Assembly (NCBI GenBank): GCA_965263105.1
Contig: CBDHGL010000006.1
Location: forward strand, 143,196 to 207,195
Direction of reading: 5' to 3'
Origin: Bacteroidia bacterium
GTDB lineage: Bacteria; Bacteroidota; Bacteroidia; J057
Length of the DNA stretch: 64,000 bases
Shown: positions 55,460 through 64,000 of the stretch, one piece after another
Position numbering within the stretch: position 1 is the first letter of the stretch
Layout: every line of letters begins with the position of its first letter
Notes under the pieces: model-generated
The model's input: only the letters and a program-made list of their open reading frames with translations
The model's database searches: none
Told to the model about the DNA's origin: nothing
Position numbers and translations under genes: made by a program

Positions 55460-56458
55460 TTATAAATGGGTAAGAATTTTCAGCAAATCCACATTGTCTT
55501 CAAAAGCAGTTATAGCTGGATACTGTGACTCACCAAATTCTATGCCTTTGTTTACTACACATTGTAAATGGTTGATATTTTTTTGAATGATTTCATCGGC
55601 ATTCCTATTACTCTCAATAGGAATGATGCAAAGGGTCCCAATCTCAGTACTCTGAAGGCACTTGGAAGGGATCAAGAGTATGTGTTTTGCGTCAAGGAAT
55701 GGGAGGCCCATTGTAGTATTTTTTGCTCGCTCCCAGGCCAATTTTCGTTGAAAAGATGAAGTGAGTTGCTCCTGAGGATAAGTTTTTATTGCATTAATGA
55801 GGGGAGATATTTGTTGATAGGGTAATAGGATATTGCTTACATTTCTGCAGCCTTGTCCATTAAACAAAAAAATATCATTTAACAGGAGTTTTAATTCCTC
55901 TGGTCGGGTATCTCCTTTTAATACAGCTACCGAAAACCTATGCTTCCTGATGGTTTGGGGAAGTCCTTTATAGATTTTTCTCAACTGCTTGGCTGCTTGA
56001 TTCCCCCCTGAAGCAATCAGGTAATCAATCTCGACAAGCTCGGATACCAACTGAATCTGAGAGGAAATCTCTGGTTTACACCGTATCAACAGGGAGAAAA
56101 TTCTTTCCATCAACACCCTATCCCGTCTGGAAGCTTTGAGCTGGACTTTATGCCCACTAAGGAGGATGGTGAGTAAATCGTGAAATCCCACCAGGGGTAA
56201 ATTCCCTGCAGTGATGAGACCAACATTCTTTGTAGGTCCTGAGTTTAATGGATAGGATTGAATCCAAGACTCTAGCTGGGACTTTCCTAACCAACTCAAA
56301 ATGTTGTTTACCCTTTCATCAATATAATAATGAGAAAACCAGGGATTGTCTTTAATCGCTTCTCGCACATAAGATGCTCCAAGGCCATCATTCAACAACA
56401 ATGACTTTAACTTTGTTAATGCTTCCAGGGATATTTTTCTATATTCCTCTTTTTCCAT
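55460..56458 (-). CDS. LuxC-like acyl-CoA reductase family protein
   Basis: The 332-aa size and the N-terminal pattern ...AIKDNPWF...V...L.WL match the Bacteroidota proteins usually named acyl-CoA reductase. GLITAGNLPLVGFHD and FNGQGCRNVS (Cys context) are also present. Confidence 0.55.
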   Translation of the reverse strand: MEKEEYRKISLEALTKLKSLLLNDGLGASYVREAIKDNPWFSHYYIDERVNNILSWLGKSQLESWIQSYPLNSGPTKNVGLITAGNLPLVGFHDLLTILLSGHKVQLKASRRDRVLMERIFSLLIRCKPEISSQIQLVSELVEIDYLIASGGNQAAKQLRKIYKGLPQTIRKHRFSVAVLKGDTRPEELKLLLNDIFLFNGQGCRNVSNILLPYQQISPLINAIKTYPQEQLTSSFQRKLAWERAKNTTMGLPFLDAKHILLIPSKCLQSTEIGTLCIIPIESNRNADEIIQKNINHLQCVVNKGIEFGESQYPAITAFEDNVDLLKILTHL

Positions 56459-56505
56459 ATTTCGCTAGTTGATTCATTATACACCGAATTCCCACTCCTT
56501 GTCCT

Positions 56506-58212
56506 ATGCGCATTTCATTTACCCGGCTTTCCTTAATATTGTTCATCGTCATGATTGCTTATGGAGCCGCTTGGGTCATCCGTTCTATTTGGTTTCGCCC
56601 GGATAATATCCACATTTTTTTTAAGCGCCTCCCCTATCAGTATGCCCCCGTATTTCCGGAGGATATTTCCCGAGTAAATGTTCCCCAGGCATCTCTGCTG
56701 GTTCCATACAATAGTTTCCTCAATAAAGCGCCCCAAACCAATAGCTCTGCCTCCCAATTTTGGGGAAGTGTCTATAAAACCCTAGAAGGATACCAGCCCA
56801 AAAATTGGGAACCTATCAAACAATATCACTATGAGAACCTTTATTGGGTCAGCAAGCACCTTTCCCACCCAATTGAAGGGAAGGAATTCTATCCCTTATA
56901 TACACAGAGTATTAAATTTATCCACCTGATGGATAAGGTTCATCAAATTGATAATAAAGAAGGAGCAGAATCATATGTGGCCCGACTAAAACGCTTCGAA
57001 GAAAAGATCAAGCAGTATTATGATGCATCCCATACCCCATTAGATAGCCTCAGCCATCGAGTTGTGCACCATCAATTCAAAGAATGGATAGAAATCGCTC
57101 CGAATCAACATCCCCTTTACAGAGCCTTTGCTCGGAAGGCTATTGCAGCAGACCCTACTCAGTTAAATGAGGCTGAGGCTGCGAGACTCCTTAAAGAAGT
57201 CGAACGGATAATTACTGAACGAATTACCCCTATTTTTCAAGAAATAGTCTCCCGCTTGGAAAGCTATTCTATCGCCTCCGCTTTCCCAGTAGGGTCTCAG
57301 AACACCCGTACTTATATTCAACATCTCGAATTTATAAGTAGTTTTTCACTTTCGCCAGATAGCCTCCACCAGGCAGCTATGAGTAGCCTTGACTCCCTAC
57401 TTTCAGCCGAGGAAAATTTTGATACGGAAGGAGGGGATATATCCTCATTGGAGGAAAAGCTAGACTCTCTTCAATCGGCTGCTAGCTACCTCAGACAGAT
57501 TTCTTCAGGCCTATTTCCATTAATTCCTGAAGCCCCCCTAAAAATTGAAATATACTTGGAGCCTCTTCCAGATATAATTCATGGAGGGAGCTATTCGTTT
57601 ATACTTCAGGAGGAAATAGGGAAAGGGCAGTGGTTAATCCCAGATACCCCGTCTATTTATCCTCCTTTGGCTTACCTTCCAGCCTACGCCAGTTTTTTTG
57701 GCACACCAGGCCTTCATACCCTCCAGGGGGCCATGTGGAAACACGCTTCTCCTACCTACCTACACCGTCAATTCATCTCCTTCCCTGCTTTTGAGCAAGG
57801 GTGGGCCCTTTATGCCAGCCAATGCCTGCCCAGGGAGCTCCAGGCCTTTTCCCATACTCCAGCAATTTCAGCAGGCTTCAAACATTTACTTATGGTACAT
57901 CTTGTCCGCAGTATCGTAGACACGGGTATTCACTCCCAAGGCTGGTCCTATTCAAAAGCCTATTTATTTATGGAAAGGCATTTAACCCCAGAATTCCCTA
58001 TACAAAGAGAGCTCCTATCTTTGTACCATCAGCCAGGAAAAGGAAGTGCAGCCTGGGTGGGATACCATAAATTTTTGCAAATGAGAAAGGCTACCCAGGA
58101 AAAGATGGGGTCTGATTTTGTCCTTCAGGATTTTCATAGCCACCTATTAAAAATTGGGCCAGGCACGTTCCCGGCTGTTGAGAAGGTTTTGGAAAAAATA
58201 ATTGGAAAATAA
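56506..58212 (+). CDS. DUF885-family protein (metallopeptidase-like fold), N-terminal membrane anchor
   Basis: The overall length fits the family. The C-terminal pattern is ...QDFHSHLLKIGPGTFPAVEKVLEKI. The central TPGLHTLQG sits where DUF885 members usually carry HE..PGHH.Q. Confidence 0.5.
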   Translation: MRISFTRLSLILFIVMIAYGAAWVIRSIWFRPDNIHIFFKRLPYQYAPVFPEDISRVNVPQASLLVPYNSFLNKAPQTNSSASQFWGSVYKTLEGYQPKNWEPIKQYHYENLYWVSKHLSHPIEGKEFYPLYTQSIKFIHLMDKVHQIDNKEGAESYVARLKRFEEKIKQYYDASHTPLDSLSHRVVHHQFKEWIEIAPNQHPLYRAFARKAIAADPTQLNEAEAARLLKEVERIITERITPIFQEIVSRLESYSIASAFPVGSQNTRTYIQHLEFISSFSLSPDSLHQAAMSSLDSLLSAEENFDTEGGDISSLEEKLDSLQSAASYLRQISSGLFPLIPEAPLKIEIYLEPLPDIIHGGSYSFILQEEIGKGQWLIPDTPSIYPPLAYLPAYASFFGTPGLHTLQGAMWKHASPTYLHRQFISFPAFEQGWALYASQCLPRELQAFSHTPAISAGFKHLLMVHLVRSIVDTGIHSQGWSYSKAYLFMERHLTPEFPIQRELLSLYHQPGKGSAAWVGYHKFLQMRKATQEKMGSDFVLQDFHSHLLKIGPGTFPAVEKVLEKIIGK

Positions 58213-58401
58213 GTTTATGTCCAGAGATAAGAGTAATGAAACAATGTACCCTTATCGAAATATAACAGAAATTGTTATAATTATTCGTATAGTTTATGTA
58301 TTTTTACAAGGAGAGTTTTTCCCTACAAACACCCCTGTTTACAGGATTTATGTATAATTTGGGCGTTTTTGTCGCCTTCCATTAGCTGATCGTCGTTTAT
58401 T

Positions 58402-60579
58402 ATGGATCTGAGGTATTATTTACGTGTATTAGGGAGAAGGAAGTGGCTCATCCTGGCTGTGGTTTCTACGGCTGCAATTGTGACCTTCATTGTTTCCCAC
58501 TTGCTCCCAGCGTCTTATGAAGCTGAGGCTCGATTCTTTACAGGTTTTGCCAATACTTATACGATTCCCTCTATTGAAGAAGAGCAAGATCCCTCGGATA
58601 TACAATTTCAAATCGAGTCCCAGTTGCTTACCCTTGAGCAGCAGATTCTTTCTCAGCAGGTATTGAGTTTGGTCTCTTGTGAGTTGATTCTTCACGACCT
58701 TGATACTAAAAATAAACCCTTCCGAGACTTGGATGGTCTCAATGCAACCTTTAGCCTTACAGACTTAAAAAATGCCCAGCAATACTATCAAACGCGCTTA
58801 GATTCCTTACAACCCTTAATTTCAACGGGGGGGAACAATAAGGTATATGCAGATATTCTGAAGTTCATGGAGTATGACATCAACTCCTTGTTGAAAAACC
58901 TGTCTACGGAACGTACTCCAGGAACGGATGTTATCAAAATTAGGTATACCTCACCAGATCCAGAAAGGTCAGCCTTCACGGTCAATGCTTTGGGGAATCA
59001 ATTTGGACGTTACTATGAGACGCAGTTGGTCGAACGCAATCGAAATAGTATCTCCTATTTTTCTAGCCTTGCTTCCAAAACTCGAAATAAATTGGGGGAA
59101 GTAATCACTTCTCAACAGGATTTTGTGAATATCATGAAGGACTATACTCCTGAAGAAGCTCGAAATATTCTGGGGAAAATTCGACATTTAGAGCGACTTC
59201 ATTTGGAGGAAGAAAGCCACATACGATCTTTGGTGAGATCATTGGATGTAATCAATGAACAGCTAGGTCCTACGACTAATACCGTTCCCATTGTTTCTGC
59301 TTATGCAGATGCCATAAGCCAACAAAGAAATAAAATCAATCAATACCGGAAACGTCTGATCCGACGGGTAACTTTTGGAGAACCTTATACCATAATCGAG
59401 GATTCTCTAGCCCTTCAGGAGAATCGCCTGGATCGTCAGATTTATCAGTTTACCCAAAAAAGCATATCCAACCTACTGCCACCAGAGGAGCGCCTCAAAC
59501 TTCTACAGAAAGATCGCCGAATGACCTTGCAATTTGCCCGTGAGAACAAAGAGGAAATTGAAAAATCTCTCAGTTTGATCCGCAACCGCATTACCTCTAT
59601 GGATCAAAATGTTTCCCTTTCCCTTCAAAATGATTTAGTAGCCCAGTCTATGAAGGAATATGGTACTGTCATAGACCGTCTCTATACTGCCCGGACTTTT
59701 ACCTTAGGAGATGAATCGCAAACTGGACGCTTTGAGAATGCTCAGACCCCAGACCAGCCCATTCCTTCCAAGCGTTGGGGCCACATTGGGATTGCCACTA
59801 TTTTGAGCCTTTCGCTCTGTGTATTTACGCTCCTTTTGTTGGAAGTTATGGATACTTCTGTAAAGACAGCTAGCCATTTCGAAAGAGTAGCGAACCTTCC
59901 TCTTTTGAGTTCCCTAAACTATCTTCCCGCTGAGAACCTAGATTTAGTAGGTCTTTTCAACGATCATTCCTCCGACCCCAACCAAGAGTCTTACAAACAC
60001 CTGATGCGCAAAATTCGCTTTGAAGTGATCTCATCTGGAGGAAAGGTGTTCCTGATGACCAGTACCCGCCCTGGAGCCGGGAAGACTTCTTTGTTATTTT
60101 CGCTAGGCTACTCTTTATCCCTCAATAAGAAACGCATCCTCTTGATTGACACCCACTTCAACAACAATCAAATCACTAGGATTACCGCCGCCACTCCCGC
60201 ACTAGAACGATACATGGCGGATGAGATTCGCTTTGAACGCCTTATCTCTCCTTCAGGACTAGATGGAGTCGATATCCTTGGGGCAGAGGGAGGAAATTAT
60301 ACCCCCTTGGAGGTGTTCGTTCCGCCAGAAAAGTTTCATAAACTTCTCGAGAAGCTCTCTGAAACGTACGAGTACATCTTTTTGGAAGGACCTGCCCTCA
60401 ACCAGTTTTCTGGTTCCAAAGAGTTGGTGCAATTTGTCGATAAGGTAATCCCCATTTTTTCTGCCAAAGCAACCATTAAGCAACCCGATAAGCAATCTAT
60501 TAAATTCCTGAAAGGTATTCGGGAAAAATTGTTGGGCTCAGTTCTGAATAAAGTGGCGATAGAGGATTTAGAGGAGTAG
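58402..60579 (+). CDS. Polysaccharide co-polymerase (Wzz/GumC-type) fused to a BY-kinase-like P-loop domain (Wzc-like)
   Basis: The N-terminus is LRYYLRVLGRRKWLILAVVSTAAIVTF. A long coiled periplasmic region and a second TM helix follow. The Walker A motif is STRPGAGKTS. Confidence 0.7.
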   Translation: MDLRYYLRVLGRRKWLILAVVSTAAIVTFIVSHLLPASYEAEARFFTGFANTYTIPSIEEEQDPSDIQFQIESQLLTLEQQILSQQVLSLVSCELILHDLDTKNKPFRDLDGLNATFSLTDLKNAQQYYQTRLDSLQPLISTGGNNKVYADILKFMEYDINSLLKNLSTERTPGTDVIKIRYTSPDPERSAFTVNALGNQFGRYYETQLVERNRNSISYFSSLASKTRNKLGEVITSQQDFVNIMKDYTPEEARNILGKIRHLERLHLEEESHIRSLVRSLDVINEQLGPTTNTVPIVSAYADAISQQRNKINQYRKRLIRRVTFGEPYTIIEDSLALQENRLDRQIYQFTQKSISNLLPPEERLKLLQKDRRMTLQFARENKEEIEKSLSLIRNRITSMDQNVSLSLQNDLVAQSMKEYGTVIDRLYTARTFTLGDESQTGRFENAQTPDQPIPSKRWGHIGIATILSLSLCVFTLLLLEVMDTSVKTASHFERVANLPLLSSLNYLPAENLDLVGLFNDHSSDPNQESYKHLMRKIRFEVISSGGKVFLMTSTRPGAGKTSLLFSLGYSLSLNKKRILLIDTHFNNNQITRITAATPALERYMADEIRFERLISPSGLDGVDILGAEGGNYTPLEVFVPPEKFHKLLEKLSETYEYIFLEGPALNQFSGSKELVQFVDKVIPIFSAKATIKQPDKQSIKFLKGIREKLLGSVLNKVAIEDLEE

Positions 60580-60895
60580 GGGTAGTTTTATAGTCCAAGG
60601 TCGACACAGGATGGCCGAGAACGGAAATTGTCGTACAGATTAGGGGATTATATCCTTGGATAACTCCCCTGCCTGATGATATTTCGTCCCTTCAGGACTC
60701 ATTTGGGCCCTAAAGGGGCATAGTGGAACGTAGGTTCTTTCTTAGAAAAGCCATTCTCGGCCCCCCTGGACAGTCCGCAGTTTGAAAAATGAAAACTAAT
60801 TCCGTAAAAGTGAAATTCCGTTGGTAAATTTGACGCGTGATATTTCTCACAAAAAAACTGTGGACTGTCGTCTGTCGACTAACTAACTCCTCTTC

Positions 60896-61402
60896 ATGCA
60901 CCTCCAACTAGCCCAATACCACGAATATTTCTTGTCCGATATCCGTAAGCGCCTGTTCGAAGAGAACTTTCCCCGACTCCGCAAGTGCCTGAATGAACTT
61001 TCGGAAGGAGATATTTGGTATCGACCCAACGAAAACAGTAACTCTGTAGGTAACCTCACCTTACACTTGGTGGGTAATCTCCGTCAATGGGTTATGAGTG
61101 GTTTACTTGGAAATCCCGATATACGGGAACGAGACAAGGAATTTGAAGAGCGAGGTCCCTTGCCCACTTCTCAACTCCTGTCTTTGCTTGACCAAATAGA
61201 GGAAGAATTAAAAACGGGGCTCGCCCAAATTTCGCCAGAAGAGCTTCTTCGAGTTCGCCCAGTACAGGTCTACGAAGAAAATGGAATCTCCATCCTGGTC
61301 CATGCAACCGAGCACTTTTCCTATCACGTAGGGCAGATTACCTATTTCACCAAGGCTCGTAAGGATATGGACATGGGGTATTATGCAGGGCAAGAGTTGT
61401 GA
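60896..61402 (+). CDS. DinB-family (DUF1572-type) four-helix-bundle protein
   Basis: IWYRPNENSNSVGNLTLHLVGNLRQWV...HATEHFSYHVGQI contains the DinB-like His triad contexts. Confidence 0.65.
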   Translation: MHLQLAQYHEYFLSDIRKRLFEENFPRLRKCLNELSEGDIWYRPNENSNSVGNLTLHLVGNLRQWVMSGLLGNPDIRERDKEFEERGPLPTSQLLSLLDQIEEELKTGLAQISPEELLRVRPVQVYEENGISILVHATEHFSYHVGQITYFTKARKDMDMGYYAGQEL

Positions 61403-61425
61403 AAATAACCTAATTGGATTTTCCC

Positions 61426-62802
61426 TTACACTCGCTCCAACTCCACTGTAAAGTGCCTCAGGATAGGGGCCTGCCTTTTTATCTTGAAGCCAGCCGAAAG
61501 TTGTTCTCTTCGCTCTGCTACATTGGCCAAAGTCGCAGCGACATAATCCATGTGATTACGGGAATATACCCGACGAGGTATAGCTAACCTCAGAAGTTCC
61601 ATCTTGGGAATGCGGTCCAGACCTGTTTGCGGATCCCGGTCGGCCAACAAAGTCCCGATTTCTACCCCTCTTACGCCTCCCTCAATATAGGCCTCCACCC
61701 CCAGTACCTGTGCGGGATATTGAGACTGAGGAATATGGGGTAAAAGCTTCTTAGCATCGATATATATGGCATGCCCTCCTACGGGTTCCTGAATGGGAAT
61801 GTTGTAATCTCGCAATTGCCCTGCTAAGTACTGGACCTGCTCTATCCGGTCATTAAGGTAATCATACTGTATACCTTCCTTAAGCCCTACTGCCAAGGCC
61901 CCCATGGCTCGACCACTCATCCCTCCATAGGTTAAAAAGCCTTCGTAAATGATGGTGAACTGGCCTAACTTATCGTAGAGGGCTTCATCATTGGTCGCGA
62001 TAAAGCCCCCGATATTTACCAGGCCATCTTTTTTGCTACTCATCCATACAACTTCTACCTCTCGAAACATCTCTTGTACAATATCCTTGAGGGACCAGTC
62101 TTGATACGCCTTCTCACGGGTCTTGATGAAATAGGCATTTTCTGCATAGCGAGCAATGTCCATATATACGGGAATGCCATATTTTTCGGCCAGTTCCTTA
62201 GTCTCCTGAATATTCTCAAGGGAGACGGGCTGTCCGCCTACCGTATTACAGGTTACGGTAAGGTTGATAAAGGGAATGCGCTCCTTTCCATAGGTCTGGA
62301 TAACATGTTCCAAACGATCCAGGTCAATATTTCCCTTAAATGGGTGATACTTTCGCGTATCAAAGGCTTCCTGAATGGTGCAATCCAAGGCTTCAGCCTT
62401 TCTAAACTCAATATGACCCTTGGTCGTGTCGAAATGGGCATTTCCCGGAATAACATCTCCTTCTTTTACAACTGCAGAAAACAAAATGTTCTCTGCCGCA
62501 CGGCCTTGATGGGTAGGAGCCAGGAAGTCAAAGCCCATGATGTCCTTTACAGCTCTTTGGAGCTTGAAATAGGATTCAGACCCTGCATAGCTTTCGTCTC
62601 CGAGCATGACCTCTGCCCACTGTTGTTCACTCATGGCTCCGGTCCCAGAATCTGTCATTAGGTCGATGATGACCCAATCGCTATGAAGATTAAAGAGATT
62701 GAAATGAACTTCCTCGATTTTCTGGGCTCTTTCTTCTCTCGAACGAAAATAAACGGGTTCTACTACTTTGGTTTTAAAAGGGGGAATGTGAGGTAATTGC
62801 AT
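61426..62802 (-). CDS. Beta-eliminating lyase: tryptophanase / tyrosine phenol-lyase family (PLP-dependent)
   Basis: FKTKVVEP...R.......N.F.L....V.IDLMTDSGTGAMS is the family N-terminal pattern. The PLP-lysine motif is MSSKKDGLVNIGGF. The Trp versus Tyr substrate cannot be decided by eye. Confidence 0.85.
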   Translation of the reverse strand: MQLPHIPPFKTKVVEPVYFRSREERAQKIEEVHFNLFNLHSDWVIIDLMTDSGTGAMSEQQWAEVMLGDESYAGSESYFKLQRAVKDIMGFDFLAPTHQGRAAENILFSAVVKEGDVIPGNAHFDTTKGHIEFRKAEALDCTIQEAFDTRKYHPFKGNIDLDRLEHVIQTYGKERIPFINLTVTCNTVGGQPVSLENIQETKELAEKYGIPVYMDIARYAENAYFIKTREKAYQDWSLKDIVQEMFREVEVVWMSSKKDGLVNIGGFIATNDEALYDKLGQFTIIYEGFLTYGGMSGRAMGALAVGLKEGIQYDYLNDRIEQVQYLAGQLRDYNIPIQEPVGGHAIYIDAKKLLPHIPQSQYPAQVLGVEAYIEGGVRGVEIGTLLADRDPQTGLDRIPKMELLRLAIPRRVYSRNHMDYVAATLANVAERREQLSAGFKIKRQAPILRHFTVELERV

Positions 62803-62831
62803 GTTTATGGGATTAATCTAAATGGAAAATG

Positions 62832-62867
62832 AGGTTCCCTTCTGGAAAAAAGGAACTACGGGAACCT
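62832..62867 (-). promoter_or_regulatory. U-tailed hairpin inside the leader of the tryptophanase-family gene (attenuator or terminator candidate)
   Basis: On the minus strand AGGTTCCC pairs with GGGAACCT (8 bp). An alternative pairing uses GTTCC with GGAAC. The tail is CATTTTCCATTT and ends ~30 nt before the ATG at 62802. Confidence 0.4.
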
Positions 62868-62978
62868 GAAGACTGAAAAATGGAAAGAATAAAAGGAACT
62901 AGCTACCCAGGAAGGGATCTCTGTTTTTGATCAATCGATAGCATTTACCTTGCATAGAGAAGGATAAAATTTGAGACG

Positions 62979-62986
62979 CAAAGTTA
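62979..62986 (-). promoter_or_regulatory. Candidate -7 box (TAACTTTG = TAnnTTTG) for the tryptophanase-family gene leader
   Basis: The motif is an exact match on the minus strand. It lies ~20 nt downstream of the esterase stop and ~175 nt upstream of the lyase ATG. Confidence 0.35.
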
Positions 62987-63006
62987 GAAATATTACCTAT
63001 TTCTCC

Positions 63007-63963
63007 CTAATTATTCTTGTCTTCCCAGAGCCACTTCAAGGCCTCTGGCAGTAAGGCTCCTGGATGTTTATCATTGTGCTCACCATCTGTCCAAACCGCT
63101 TTCACCTCATAGCGAGGTCCATCCTGTTGATTCTTATCGGCATGATCGTTAGCGTATTTCATGGCAGAAACCATCTGCTGATTGGCTAGAAACCAATCCC
63201 CCCATCTATTGCTCAAATCCCGGTTCCCATCCTGGATATAGATACGCATAGGTCTAATGGGATTCCGGCGGATTAGGGCAGGATAATCTTGCCCCCCCAA
63301 CTTGATGGGTGACTCATCAGGCCGAAATCCAATCGAGACAAAGCTTCCAATACTACTATATACTTTGCGGAACATATCGGGACGATACCATGCCACGCTG
63401 AAGGCAGCGATGGCTCCACTACTCGTTCCACAGATAGCTCGTTCTTGGGGATCCTCGGTCAGCTTATAGGTCTTTCCTATCTCTGGCAGCATTTCCTCTA
63501 CGATGAAACGGGTATAGCGATCATTCATCGCATCGTACTCCTGGGCCCTGTTATTGGGGTTTTTCATCCCCAGGTTATCTGGATATTTTTCTGAGCGATT
63601 GCCTGGGGTGATGAAGATACCGATCGATACAGGTATTTCTCCTTTGGCAATCAGGTTTTCCATCACCTGATGTGCACGGATGGGACCATTGGGGTTTGTA
63701 GCCCGCTGACCATCTTGGAATACCAGGACACTAGCTGGCTGAGCAGCATCGTATTGGGCAGGGACAAAAAGCCAGTATCGGCGTACAGTTCCCTCCAGGA
63801 TTTGGCTATGGAACTCAAAAGGACCTTTCAGTTCCCCTTTGGGAACGCCCTCTTGGGGAAAATGGTCGGGAGTCAATTCGAGTCCAGTCCGAATTTCCAA
63901 TTGTCCAAGAACAGAAAGAGACCAAAGGCAGATAAGCGAAAGAAGGGGGGTAGTCTTTAGCAT
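63007..63963 (-). CDS. Secreted esterase (putative-esterase / alpha-beta hydrolase family)
   Basis: A signal peptide is present. The nucleophile elbow is GTSSGAIAAF (GxSxG). The overall pattern resembles enterochelin-esterase-like or feruloyl-esterase-like proteins. Confidence 0.65.
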   Translation of the reverse strand: MLKTTPLLSLICLWSLSVLGQLEIRTGLELTPDHFPQEGVPKGELKGPFEFHSQILEGTVRRYWLFVPAQYDAAQPASVLVFQDGQRATNPNGPIRAHQVMENLIAKGEIPVSIGIFITPGNRSEKYPDNLGMKNPNNRAQEYDAMNDRYTRFIVEEMLPEIGKTYKLTEDPQERAICGTSSGAIAAFSVAWYRPDMFRKVYSSIGSFVSIGFRPDESPIKLGGQDYPALIRRNPIRPMRIYIQDGNRDLSNRWGDWFLANQQMVSAMKYANDHADKNQQDGPRYEVKAVWTDGEHNDKHPGALLPEALKWLWEDKNN

Positions 63964-64000
63964 GAATGGGGAGAATTACAGGTTATCGCTAAAATACAGC

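Noticed and set aside
60710-60907. 65-aa minus-strand ORF in the Wzc-DinB intergenic region
   Set aside because: It overlaps the DinB-family gene start and spans the inverted repeats. The composition is unremarkable and no start context is visible. The region is better explained as non-coding structure.
62074-62661. 195-aa plus-strand ORF inside the tryptophanase-family gene
   Set aside because: It is antisense to a highly conserved PLP enzyme gene and has no motif of its own. It is most likely a chance open frame.
1-64000. Scan for CRISPR arrays, IS elements/transposases, integrases, phage genes, rRNA, tmRNA, RNase P or SRP RNA signatures and common riboswitch cores
   Set aside because: No evenly spaced repeat arrays were seen. 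No transposase, integrase or reverse-transcriptase-like translations appear in the ORF track. None of the conserved RNA core motifs I can recognise by eye were found. This negative result is limited by the lack of covariance-model tools.

Overview
This is a gene-dense chromosomal segment that looks like a Bacteroidota genome. Supporting signs are hybrid two-component sensors with beta-propeller/Y_Y_Y sensing regions and an AraC output, a DUF2723 protein, a T9SS-type C-terminal domain, a MurF-Alr fusion and TAnnTTTG-type -7 boxes. About 50 CDS and one tRNA-Leu(CAG) are supported. Most genes are housekeeping: fumC, guaB, zapA, rny, mrp/apbC, a NifU-like gene, recO, murF-alr, miaE and purB. Envelope, sensory and secreted-enzyme genes are interspersed: an Omp85-type giant OMP, OmpA, fasciclin, M23 and S8 peptidases, a caspase-like C14 protein, a Wzc/GumC-like protein, a tryptophanase-family lyase and a VapBC toxin-antitoxin pair next to the tRNA. 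I found no CRISPR array, transposase, integrase, phage genes or recognisable multi-gene defence island. I cannot honestly point to a convincing multi-gene novel system. The most unusual things directly visible are listed below. (1) A perfect 31-bp tandem duplication frameshifts a DUF3089 hydrolase gene and could revert by loss of one copy. (2) A ~290-nt intergenic region between the Wzc-like and DinB-family genes has nested inverted repeats, one with strand-specific G-U pairing, and may be a structured RNA. (3) An orphan plus-strand intrinsic terminator has no annotated gene upstream, which implies a small unannotated transcript or micro-peptide locus. (4) The ~170-nt leader of the tryptophanase-like gene contains a promoter box, an 18-codon uORF and a U-tailed hairpin. 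(5) A dense set of short direct and inverted repeats lies between a membrane-bound AraC regulator and a TonB-C-domain gene. All product calls come from motif recognition by eye on the supplied translations. No database search was run.
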